Assembly (NCBI GenBank): GCA_964549175.1
Contig: CAZJUM010000001.1
Coordinates: forward strand, 1-42,965
Reading direction: 5' to 3'
Source of the DNA: an uncultured Pseudomonadota bacterium
Lineage (GTDB): Bacteria; SAR324; XYD2-FULL-50-16
Length of the DNA stretch: 42,965 bases
The notes beneath the pieces are model-generated. The model saw nothing but the letters and a program-made list of their open reading frames with translations. It was not told the DNA's origin and did no database searches. Shown piece after piece: positions 10,292-18,965 of this stretch. The translations under genes and the position numbers were made by a program. Numbering within the stretch: position 1 is the stretch's first letter; every line of letters starts with the position of its first letter.

Positions 10292-11530
10292 CTACCCATG
10301 GTTTGTAATTATTTTAGCCCACTTTTTGTCCCGGAGAATATATTGTACGATCTCTTGGGCAACTTCCCTTTTCGACTTTTGCGGGATATCAAAGTCAAGC
10401 TCACGAGTGAAAAGCTTTACTTGATTGGTATCTGAGTGAAAGCCGGCACCTGGTTGGGTAATATTATTGGCAACGATTAAGTCAAGGTGCTTCTCTTCCA
10501 GTTTTTTTCGCGCGTACATTTCCAGATTCTGGCTTTCAGCCGCAAAACCAACCAGATATTGATCATCACGTTTTGCGGAACCCAGTTCTTTTAAAATATC
10601 CGGATTTTGTATCAATGAAAGACTTAATTCTTGGGACTTTTTCACTTTTTGAGCTGCGGGTTTTTCTACTCGATAATCGGCCACCGCAGCCGCTTTTATA
10701 ATTAACTGCGCTCGTCGGGATTGCTCAAGGACTTTTTCACGCATTTCCATAGCGGATTTAACGTGAATCACTTCAATATTAACCGGGGGAGTCAATGCTG
10801 TCGGTCCGCTAATTAGGCAAACCTTTCCCCCCATTTGCTCACAAACCTCAGCCAACGCATATCCCATTTTTCCGGAAGAAAAGTTCGATATATAACGTAC
10901 CGCGTCAATTTTTTCCTGGGTAGGCCCTGCCGTGATCAATACATCAATATTATTTAAGGGGCCTTTTTGTTTACCCACCCGCGATGATGAGACGAGCTGA
11001 TTCAGGCGACTCAATATAGTTTCTGGCTCCGCCATCCGTCCGGGACCAAAGGTTCCACACGCCAGCAAGCCGGATTCGGGAGGAATAATATAGGTTCCCC
11101 TGCTTTTTAAAATTGATAAATTATGCTGGGTCGCGGGGTGCTCCCACATATGCGAATTCATTGCCGGAGCGATAATTAACGGAGCCTTGCACGCCAGTTG
11201 AATCGTCGAGAGTAAGTCATCAGATAATCCATAGGCAAGCTTCGCGATGATATGCGCGGTGGCGGGCGCGATTAGCATCACATCAGCTTTTTCGGCTAAC
11301 GCGATGTGATCGACATCGCAGGGCTCCGCTAACGAGAAAAACTCGGTATGGACCTTTCTCGCGGAAATGGTTTGAAAGGACAATGAAGTCACAAATTCCT
11401 GGGCGGATTGAGTCATCACCACTGAAGTCAATCCTCCTTGTTTTCGAATCATGCTCACTACCTCCAATGTCTTATAACACGCGATTCCTCCTGTTACACC
11501 CAGCAGTATTTCTTTATCCAGTAAACTCAT
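10292..11530 (-). CDS. coaBC: bifunctional phosphopantothenoylcysteine decarboxylase / phosphopantothenate-cysteine ligase CoaBC (Dfp)
   Basis: 412 aa. N-terminal flavoprotein motif ILLGVTGGIACYK, PAMNSHMW, and a C-terminal CoaB domain (ITAGPTQEKIDAVRYISNFSSGKMG). Confidence 0.9.
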   Translation of the reverse strand: MSLLDKEILLGVTGGIACYKTLEVVSMIRKQGGLTSVVMTQSAQEFVTSLSFQTISARKVHTEFFSLAEPCDVDHIALAEKADVMLIAPATAHIIAKLAYGLSDDLLSTIQLACKAPLIIAPAMNSHMWEHPATQHNLSILKSRGTYIIPPESGLLACGTFGPGRMAEPETILSRLNQLVSSSRVGKQKGPLNNIDVLITAGPTQEKIDAVRYISNFSSGKMGYALAEVCEQMGGKVCLISGPTALTPPVNIEVIHVKSAMEMREKVLEQSRRAQLIIKAAAVADYRVEKPAAQKVKKSQELSLSLIQNPDILKELGSAKRDDQYLVGFAAESQNLEMYARKKLEEKHLDLIVANNITQPGAGFHSDTNQVKLFTRELDFDIPQKSKREVAQEIVQYILRDKKWAKIITNHG

Positions 11531-11688
11531 TTGAGATCCTTTGTCGATTATTCAAATTAAAAGACGATAATTAGACAGTATTTCACATCAAAAAATCATA
11601 ATTGTCATTATGAAAGGGTAGCATGATCTTGAAATTGCTTTTATACCGGTAGATTAAAAACATAGCATTCTGATTTTTAAAGAGAAAA

Positions 11689-11898
11689 GTGAAAAAAGCC
11701 GGCAATTCTAATTTTGCCGATCGGGTCGATCATCTGGTCGATTTCATCTTGATTGATGCTGAAAAAATATTTTATGAGTTCAAAAGGCATAAATATTTTG
11801 TCTTTCAACTTTTGATTACTTCTTTTGAATCGCTGTTAATCGCGATTGTACATGAAATTTGGACGAACTCCTATCCTCTTCTCCAAAAGAAAAAATAA
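11689..11898 (+). CDS. small hypothetical ORF (possibly a truncated gene remnant)
   Basis: 69 codons, GTG start. Its stop codon lies 2 nt before the left end of MITE copy B. No recognisable motif. Confidence 0.2.
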   Translation: MKKAGNSNFADRVDHLVDFILIDAEKIFYEFKRHKYFVFQLLITSFESLLIAIVHEIWTNSYPLLQKKK

Positions 11899-11900
11899 AC

Positions 11901-12029
11901 TGATTATGTACAATTCGTAGCCCTTTTTCTTTGATCACCCCTGTCATTCCCACGGAAGTGGGAATCTAACAATAAAAGTCTAAGAAACCAAATAGTTTCC
12001 CGGATCCCCGCATCCGCGGAGATGACAGA
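11901..12029 (+). repeat. MITE-like element, partial copy B (left arm plus two hairpin modules; right arm missing)
   Basis: 129 bp. Matches the reverse complement of 9962-10090 with about six mismatches/indels by eye. Begins with the same TGATTATGTACAATTCGTAGC end. Confidence 0.8.
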
Positions 12030-12408
12030 CTCAAAGCTAATATGATGTTTTTATTATTTTTTAAGACTTTTATATCGCAAAAAAAGGTAGTGAGAAGTCC
12101 GTAATTACATCGTAATATATGTATTACCCTGTAATTATGATCTTTTCGTAATTAGAACGGTTGAAAAAAAGCGGGAAATATTTGACTAGTTAATACGAAG
12201 TTGATAACTTTCCCTATTTTGGAAAAAGCGAATCCATATACGACTGGGTCACCACATTATTATTCGATCCCTATTAAGTCGGTCCAAATCAAAGTTATGA
12301 GACCCTCAATAAGCGATTTATAAAAAACGACTCTTAGTCTATAGTGATATTATCAGTAGTGTTTAATTGTCTCTGGGAATCACTCAACCAGTTTTTAAAG
12401 GGAGACCA

Positions 12409-13074
12409 ATGAATTTAACGGTTCAAGCTCGTGAAACCAGTGGAAAAGGGAGTAGCCGAAAATTAAGAACCCAAGGGCTGACTCCGGGTATTGTATACGG
12501 TAAAGAAAATGTCCGGGTTTCAATGAATCAAGAGAAAACTTTGCGATTCATCAAGTCGCTGCATGGCGCAAAAAAGGTATTCAAATTAGGAATCGAAACG
12601 GATGGGAAAAGTGAAACTAAACAGGTTGTCATTCAAGACTATCAAATGAGTAAAGTCGGACATCGATTACTTCATGTGGACTTCTTTGAAGTCAAAGATA
12701 ACACCCAATTAACCGCGGAAGTACCAATTACTTTGATCAATGACGAAGAATGCCCCGCAGTTGAAGAAGGTGGTGTAATTCAGATTATTCGCCGAACTGT
12801 ACCTGTAACTTGCTCCGCGCTTAACGTCCCGGGATCTATTGAAATTGATCTTAAAGAGCTGAGGTATGGTGAGAGTATTCATGTTCTTGATATCCAATAT
12901 CCGAATGGAGTTAAACCAATTGTAAGAGACCGGAACTTTACCTTGATTACTGTCGCTGGTAAAATGGCTGAAGAAGTTGAAGAAATTGAAGATGAAGTAC
13001 TTGAAGGTGAAGCGCTTGAAGGCGAAACATCTGAAGCCGATGTCGCTGAAGGCGAAGTTGCCGAAACCGAATAA
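12409..13074 (+). CDS. rplY: 50S ribosomal protein L25 / general stress protein Ctc (two-domain form with acidic C-terminal tail)
   Basis: MNLTVQARETSGKGSSRKLR...PGIVYG is the L25/Ctc N-terminus. ATG at 12409 is preceded by AGGGAG. The ORF-track start at 12367 is an upstream extension. Confidence 0.85.
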   Translation: MNLTVQARETSGKGSSRKLRTQGLTPGIVYGKENVRVSMNQEKTLRFIKSLHGAKKVFKLGIETDGKSETKQVVIQDYQMSKVGHRLLHVDFFEVKDNTQLTAEVPITLINDEECPAVEEGGVIQIIRRTVPVTCSALNVPGSIEIDLKELRYGESIHVLDIQYPNGVKPIVRDRNFTLITVAGKMAEEVEEIEDEVLEGEALEGETSEADVAEGEVAETE

Positions 13075-13100
13075 ATTGGATTTTGTATTGCTGACAGCTT

Positions 13101-13691
13101 ATGAAATTAATTGTGGGTCTTGGCAATCCCGGAGACAAATACCAGGATACACTACATAATGTGGGCTTTGCGGCAGTCAATAGATTAGCCGAGTCTATCG
13201 CAGCCGGAAACTGGACCAATAAGTTCAAAGGAAAGTTTATACAAAGCAGAGTTAATCAATACGCTTTGCTTTTGTTAAAACCACAGACTTATATGAATGC
13301 CAGTGGCGATTCTGTTTTGGCCTGCAAACAATTCTATAAAATCGAACTGCGGGATATGTTGGTGATTTCCGATGACGTCGACCGACCGGCAGGTTCACTT
13401 CGATACCGTGTATCAGGCGGTCATGGAGGACATAACGGAATTCGGGATATCATGCGGCAATGCGGCGGAGATCAGTTTCATCGAATAAAAATAGGTGTTG
13501 GCAGACCAAGTGACGGAAAAAAGGTTGCCGATTATGTATTAAGTAAGCCTCCGGTTGATGTTCAAGTCGCGGTGGATGAAGCCATTTCGGATATTGTTCG
13601 GTATTTGAAAGGTTTTATCGCCGGACAGCCGATACAGATTCAACCGAAGCCGAAAAAGGGTGGGAACAGCGATATGCCCGCTACCACTTAA
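13101..13691 (+). CDS. pth: peptidyl-tRNA hydrolase
   Basis: MKLIVGLGNPGDKYQDTLHNVGF and HGGHNGIRDI motifs. Conserved rplY-pth linkage. Confidence 0.9.
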   Translation: MKLIVGLGNPGDKYQDTLHNVGFAAVNRLAESIAAGNWTNKFKGKFIQSRVNQYALLLLKPQTYMNASGDSVLACKQFYKIELRDMLVISDDVDRPAGSLRYRVSGGHGGHNGIRDIMRQCGGDQFHRIKIGVGRPSDGKKVADYVLSKPPVDVQVAVDEAISDIVRYLKGFIAGQPIQIQPKPKKGGNSDMPATT

Positions 13692-13793
13692 TTGTGTCAG
13701 TCTTTTGGGCTGACTACACAAAGAACGTCTATAATCTGATGTTCTCATTTTCCTTGCCTGATTATTCAGGCTGTAACTCGAAAGGATATTGTT

Positions 13794-14171
13794 ATGTCTT
13801 TAAGAAATTATGAAATTATTTTAGTGGCAGACTCCAATCTAACGGATGACGAAAGCACAGAGATCTTTGAAAAATTTAATAAGATCATCGCTGACGCTGG
13901 CGGCAACGTTAAATTTGAAAACCACTGGGGAAGAAGGCGCCTGGCCTACGAAATTCAAAAAATCAAATACGGGATCTATCACCTGTTCTTTGCCGAAGCC
14001 AACGGTGAAATCATCGAAAAAATGGAACGACAAGCAAGTTATGATGATAAACTCATTAAATATTTTGTTATGTCTGTAGATGATCTGGAAGTTGCCCATG
14101 GTAACTTTGACGCATTGAAAGCTGATCCTCAGAAAAACGCTAACCTGGTATCTGAAGTTTTAGGAGCATAA
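13794..14171 (+). CDS. rpsF: 30S ribosomal protein S6
   Basis: [11 protein letters not shown]...[12 protein letters not shown] motif. First gene of the rpsF-rpsR-rplI unit. Confidence 0.9.
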   Translation: MSLRNYEIILVADSNLTDDESTEIFEKFNKIIADAGGNVKFENHWGRRRLAYEIQKIKYGIYHLFFAEANGEIIEKMERQASYDDKLIKYFVMSVDDLEVAHGNFDALKADPQKNANLVSEVLGA

Positions 14172-14172
14172 A

Positions 14173-14460
14173 ATGGGTAAGAAAAAGAAAAAGCATAGTT
14201 TTTACGATGGGGCACCTAAGCGATCTTGTCCCATTGCACAAGCGGGTGTCGAGGAAATCAATTACAAAGATATTGAATTGTTGAAGCTTTTTATCACGGA
14301 AAAAGGGAAAATTATCCCTCGAAGAATATCCGGGCTAAGCGCACGATCACAGAAAAAGCTAACCTTGGCTATCAAAAGAGCCAGAAACATTGCGCTGCTT
14401 TCATTTTCCAAGGGATTTATACCCCAGGACGAACCTATGGAACAAGGAACTCAATCATGA
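14173..14460 (+). CDS. rpsR: 30S ribosomal protein S18
   Basis: [48 protein letters not shown] is the S18 core. Starts 1 nt after the rpsF stop. Confidence 0.9.
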   Translation: MGKKKKKHSFYDGAPKRSCPIAQAGVEEINYKDIELLKLFITEKGKIIPRRISGLSARSQKKLTLAIKRARNIALLSFSKGFIPQDEPMEQGTQS

Positions 14461-14996
14461 AAATCATTTTATCAGAAGATGTGGTTAAACTTGGTTCTTT
14501 GGGTGACGAACTTGAAGTCAAGGCGGGTTTTGCCAGAAATTACCTGATTCCACAAGGTAAGGCGGTTCCGCTAACCAGAGCCAATATCAAGCAGGTCAAC
14601 CATCAGCGTGCTTTGCTGGCTAAGCAAAGAGCGGATGCTGTCGAGCAATCAAAAGCACTGGCCAAAAAACTGGAAGAAGTCGAAGTTGTATTTTCCATGA
14701 AATCCGGTGACAGCGGAAAACTCTATGGTTCGGTGACACAAAAGCACATTTATGAAGCTTTGGAAGAGAAGGGAATTGAGCCGGATCGAAAGCGACTCCG
14801 CCTCACTAGCCCGATTAAAACACTCGGTGATCATATAATTCCCATCCGGCTTCATACTGAAGTGATCGCTGAATTGAAAATTCAAGTAAAACCTGAAGAA
14901 ACTGTAGCGGAAAAGCCAGAAGGTGAAGAAACAGCCGAGGTCACTGAAGCGCAAGAACAAACAGAAACCCCTGCGAAAGAAGCCAAAGCGGAATAA
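14457..14996 (+). CDS. rplI: 50S ribosomal protein L9 (with acidic C-terminal extension)
   Basis: [36 protein letters not shown] is the L9 N-domain. ATGA overlap with rpsR. Confidence 0.9.
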   Translation: MKIILSEDVVKLGSLGDELEVKAGFARNYLIPQGKAVPLTRANIKQVNHQRALLAKQRADAVEQSKALAKKLEEVEVVFSMKSGDSGKLYGSVTQKHIYEALEEKGIEPDRKRLRLTSPIKTLGDHIIPIRLHTEVIAELKIQVKPEETVAEKPEGEETAEVTEAQEQTETPAKEAKAE

Positions 14997-15007
14997 ATCA
15001 GATTAGT

Positions 15008-15035
15008 TATTGGTGAAGGCATCTCTTCACCAATA
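15008..15035 (+). terminator. stem-loop downstream of rplI (possible intrinsic terminator)
   Basis: ATTGGTGAAG-gcatct-CTTCACCAAT, a 10-11 bp perfect stem 12 nt after the rplI stop. The 3' tail is not U-rich (ATCCCCTTT). Confidence 0.4.
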
Positions 15036-15722
15036 TCCCCTTTAGTCCCTCGCCACGAGGTGCGGAATAAAGTGATTGGGTTCCCGGGGCAAACCCGAAA
15101 GAACAGCTTCTCCCTAAACTGAGGTATTGAAGATTTTGCATGGCGTTTTCCCCTTGAAGCAGAGCAAACCTACCACCGATTACGACATCGATTCCTATTC
15201 CACAAATATATAATCTGGCAGCAATTTCTTATCTTTTGGGGTACTGGGGCGATATCGAGACCAGATATTCCGGCCCGTCTCATCGCTCCTTCACGCGCTC
15301 GAAACTCTTCCTCACCAATATATTGACCATCTTCAGTCTCAAATTCCGAAATGGCTTCACTTGCGTTGATAAAGCCTTCTTTGTTCCACAAGGAAGTTCA
15401 TCATCTTCAATATAATTATGCCCTGTGCAAAGACGGCTGATGAACCAAAAAGAAAAAAAAGAATGATTTCAAACAGGTAAAATCGGATGTGCTTCATATG
15501 TCGGAGAAAAAACAGAATTAAACGCTATTATCTCTGGATGAAATTCAAATTCGGTAGTAATATCGGACCAGAAAATAAGAAACCAATGGGGCTGGTTTTT
15601 TAAGACTACGCCGTTAATGGGCTGTTTTGTTTGAGACTTTCCAGTGGTAATTATTTTTTGTCTTTTTTGTTTTAATCAACTAAAGATGTCGTTTAGCGCA
15701 CAATAAAACATAGTGGGGCTTT

Positions 15723-16187
15723 ATGATTCAGAAAGATATTTCGAATTGTTCCAATATTAACTCCCGAGTTAAACAAAAGTTACAACCTGGCTTCAGCTTT
15801 CTTGAAGTGATGATTGTACTAATACTAATAGCGGGGATCGTCGGACTGGCTGGAACGTATTTATTTCCAAAATTTAATGAGGGCAATATTAAAACAGCTG
15901 AAATTCAGATGAAATTAACCGCTGGCACCTTGGAAACCTATTACTTGGACAACGCTTCATACCCAACGACAGAACAGGGTTTGGAGGCCTTGAGAGGAAA
16001 ACCGGAGACAGGGATTATTCCCAAAAACTGGAAAGGGCCTTATCTTAAATCCGATCATCCGAAAGATCCTTGGGGGAATGATTATATATATCGTTCCGAT
16101 GGCATTTCATTTCAAATTATAAGCTTGGGAGCCGATGGTTCCGAAGGCGGAGATGGCGTTAATGCTGACATAGCATACAATCAATAA
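15723..16187 (+). CDS. gspG: type II secretion major pseudopilin GspG
   Basis: Prepilin motif PG|FSFLEVMIVLILIAGIVGLAG and C-terminal GPYL...DPWGNDYIYRS...SLGADG, diagnostic of GspG. The leader is unusually long at 23 aa. Confidence 0.85.
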   Translation: MIQKDISNCSNINSRVKQKLQPGFSFLEVMIVLILIAGIVGLAGTYLFPKFNEGNIKTAEIQMKLTAGTLETYYLDNASYPTTEQGLEALRGKPETGIIPKNWKGPYLKSDHPKDPWGNDYIYRSDGISFQIISLGADGSEGGDGVNADIAYNQ

Positions 16188-16741
16188 TGGCTCCGGTCGA
16201 TAAGTTTGATAAAGGATTTAGTCTTTTTGAGTTTAGTATCATAATGTTTTTAATGGTTCTGATGCTCGGATTCTCAATTCCGCGCTTTACACAATTGTTT
16301 GAATCCGTATTGAGACAGGAAACGCTTAAACTGGCACAATTATTAACCCAATTAAGAACTCAAGCAATTATAAAGGGTGAGCGATATCGCATCGTTTTTG
16401 ATACCGTAAAGAATGAATACTCAATTACCGTTGAATCACCGAACTCAACGGATACCTTTATCAAACATCCCAACTACGATAAACCGATCCCATTGCAAAA
16501 CCCTGTGTCGTTTTATAATGTTAAGCGAACGGAAACCGGTGATGAAAACGAAACCCGCCAATTTACTTTTGAATCGTTCGATTTTGAAAAAATTATCGGA
16601 AATCAATATTCGTTTACCATAGACTCTTCTGGTTTCATGGATACCTTTGATGTTAAATTACGTGACAAAGAGGCATACCTGACTTTATCGGTTGTCAATA
16701 TTATGGGAGATATTGAAATCGGAGAAGAAAAAGCAATATAA
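16187..16741 (+). CDS. gspH: type II secretion minor pseudopilin GspH
   Basis: KG|FSLFEFSIIMFLMVLM prepilin N-terminus. TAATG overlap with gspG. Size and position fit GspH. Confidence 0.65.
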   Translation: MAPVDKFDKGFSLFEFSIIMFLMVLMLGFSIPRFTQLFESVLRQETLKLAQLLTQLRTQAIIKGERYRIVFDTVKNEYSITVESPNSTDTFIKHPNYDKPIPLQNPVSFYNVKRTETGDENETRQFTFESFDFEKIIGNQYSFTIDSSGFMDTFDVKLRDKEAYLTLSVVNIMGDIEIGEEKAI

Positions 16742-16749
16742 ATGGAAAC

Positions 16750-17163
16750 GTGAAGCTATTCATTTGCCGCGATAAATCGCAATTCAAACAACTAGAGGAA
16801 ACTCGAAAAGGGTTTACTCTCCTCGAAGTGATGATCTCTCTGGCAATTTTATCAGCACTATTGGTCGTTATCATCCAGTCAAACACCGAAACCACCTTTT
16901 TTCTACGAAGAACTGATCAACTCGCCACCGCACAAAAAGTGGTAATCAATGAATTAATGAGAATAGAGCGGGATAACTCAACCACATTATCCTCTGCTGA
17001 AGGGACATTTGCCGAAGACCATGTGATGGCGGCTAATAAGTGGAAGCTAACCATTGAAAACTCAAATTTTTTGGGGGCTATTCCGATTACGAGAGTTCAA
17101 TACCAAGTGTTTTGGCTTTTGGATAATCAGCAACATTCTTATGAAGCCTCGATTATCAAATGA
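16750..17163 (+). CDS. gspI: type II secretion minor pseudopilin GspI
   Basis: RKG|FTLLEVMISLAILSALLVV prepilin N-terminus. 137 aa, GTG start (the only in-frame start). Confidence 0.65.
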   Translation: MKLFICRDKSQFKQLEETRKGFTLLEVMISLAILSALLVVIIQSNTETTFFLRRTDQLATAQKVVINELMRIERDNSTTLSSAEGTFAEDHVMAANKWKLTIENSNFLGAIPITRVQYQVFWLLDNQQHSYEASIIK

Positions 17164-17173
17164 TAACGAAGAT

Positions 17174-17887
17174 ATGAGGATATACTCAGCAAAAAATAAG
17201 GGCCTGACATTATTGGAACTTATGCTGACCTTAACAATTTTTTCAACCGTCATTGGATTGCTCTTGAATGCGTTTGTCCAACTCAATCTTCAAAATGAGC
17301 AAACGACTGCAGTATTAGAATTGAGGCAGGAAATTCGGATTTTAGAACAATTAATCAGAGAGGATGTATTGGCTGCCATCTATCTTCATGAATACATGGT
17401 GATGGCCTCCAAAACTCTTGACGGAAGAAGAAGCGGAATTGTGGGGATCAGTGACAAATACGGAGATCATGACGCGGATGCCATTCATATGCATGTCCAT
17501 CAAAAAACAAAATTTCTTCGAACTTTGGATTTTTCTAGTGATCCTGAATTATATGAGGTCAGTTATTTTCTGGATACGACAGATATTGAAAATCCAAAGT
17601 TAAAGCGACGCGAAGAGTTATACATCGACGCGGACATCGGCGAGGGTGATCGTAGCGTTACCCACGTTCTGTCTCAGCGCGTTATCGCCTTTAACATTGT
17701 GTATTATGATAGCGGCAGCACAGAAGAAGAGGAGTGGAGTTCCTATGAAAAAACACAGAAATTACCTGCCGGTCTTCAATTTACACTCAAATTGAAGAAC
17801 GAAAAAGGAAGCATACTGGAATCCGCTTTTCAGGTAAACCTGCGTCCCTCAATGGGATCATATGCCACGTGGAAGTATGATGGCTGA
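17174..17887 (+). CDS. gspJ: type II secretion minor pseudopilin GspJ
   Basis: MRIYSAKNKG|LTLLELMLTLTIFS. ATG at 17174. The ORF-track start at 17054 is an open-frame extension overlapping gspI. Confidence 0.65.
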   Translation: MRIYSAKNKGLTLLELMLTLTIFSTVIGLLLNAFVQLNLQNEQTTAVLELRQEIRILEQLIREDVLAAIYLHEYMVMASKTLDGRRSGIVGISDKYGDHDADAIHMHVHQKTKFLRTLDFSSDPELYEVSYFLDTTDIENPKLKRREELYIDADIGEGDRSVTHVLSQRVIAFNIVYYDSGSTEEEEWSSYEKTQKLPAGLQFTLKLKNEKGSILESAFQVNLRPSMGSYATWKYDG

Positions 17888-18953
17888 TTTCGGTAAAAAA
17901 CGATCAGGTGTGGCCATGATTGTAACATTGACCATCTTGCTGATGTTATCCGTGGCACTGATGAAAACCTTTGAAAGCCGGTCGGTTGAAGTTGCCCATC
18001 TGAGCAATGATATTCACCGATTTCAAGCTGAGTCGTTGGCTCGTTCCCTGTTTCGTGCCACTTTGAGCTCGATTCAACAGGAAGGATTGTTCTCCGTCCA
18101 AAATGTTTTGAGTCTTATGACTAAAGGTGAAAACTCATTTCCTTTTGAAAATGGTTTTTGTTCCGATTTTACTTTAACCCCCATTGATTACCGTTTCAAC
18201 CTGAATAAGCTATTTTCCCCGCAAACTCCTGACCATGCGATCATATTTTTCAATATAATTCAAGATATTCTCGCACAATCTGCCGATGAAAATCGTGCCG
18301 CTTTTAATTTAAGCGATTATGATATTTTTCCTGTTTTAAGCGCCATTAATGATTGGCGAGATACTGATGACTTCCCGGATGAAGAGTATCAAGAAGGGAT
18401 AGAGCAGTATCCGCTGGATGAACTGGCCTTTGAGGTAAAAAACAGCTCTTTTGATGTCCTGTCAGAATTAAAGCTAATTCCGCGATTCAAAGATTTAAAT
18501 TTGACCGATCATGAACTACATTCTTTTTTTCGTGTAAAAGGAGCCGAAGAGTTTATCGATATTAACTTGGCCTCACAAAATGAAATTGTCAATTTCTTGA
18601 GTCTTTATCGAGAAGTTGAAGGTTATGAGACTGTGTATGATTATAGGAATGAAATCGCTGAGGTCGCGAAGCAGGATATACCTCTTTCGGGAGAACCGAA
18701 ATACCCGCTAACCGTTGATACTAAAAATTCATCAAGTCAATGGAGACAGGACTTGGAAAGTATTAATATCATCACATTGACATCCAATGAACAGGACTTG
18801 TTCAAAGCAAAAACCAATCACTTGGAAATCAGTTATGTCGTTACGGTTGGAAATATCAATCTGAGGCTGAATTCAATTGTTAAATTGAATTATAGCAGTG
18901 ATGAAGAGGACAAAATTGAGCGTTTTGACATTTTGTCCTTTGGCTACCGATAA
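17862..18953 (+). CDS. gspK: type II secretion minor pseudopilin GspK
   Basis: KKRSGVAMIVTLTILLMLSVALM N-terminus without Glu+5, about 360 aa, last of the G-H-I-J-K series. The start may be ATG 17877/17880. Confidence 0.65.
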   Translation: MPRGSMMADFGKKRSGVAMIVTLTILLMLSVALMKTFESRSVEVAHLSNDIHRFQAESLARSLFRATLSSIQQEGLFSVQNVLSLMTKGENSFPFENGFCSDFTLTPIDYRFNLNKLFSPQTPDHAIIFFNIIQDILAQSADENRAAFNLSDYDIFPVLSAINDWRDTDDFPDEEYQEGIEQYPLDELAFEVKNSSFDVLSELKLIPRFKDLNLTDHELHSFFRVKGAEEFIDINLASQNEIVNFLSLYREVEGYETVYDYRNEIAEVAKQDIPLSGEPKYPLTVDTKNSSSQWRQDLESINIITLTSNEQDLFKAKTNHLEISYVVTVGNINLRLNSIVKLNYSSDEEDKIERFDILSFGYR

Positions 18954-18965
18954 GCGGACCACTCT

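Noticed and set aside
17054-17173. 5' extensions of ORFs in the track (gspJ from 17054, ABC-2 permease from 22439, rplY from 12367)
   Set aside because: The extensions overlap the preceding gene or lack similarity. Conserved N-termini begin at internal ATGs (17174, 22613, 12409).
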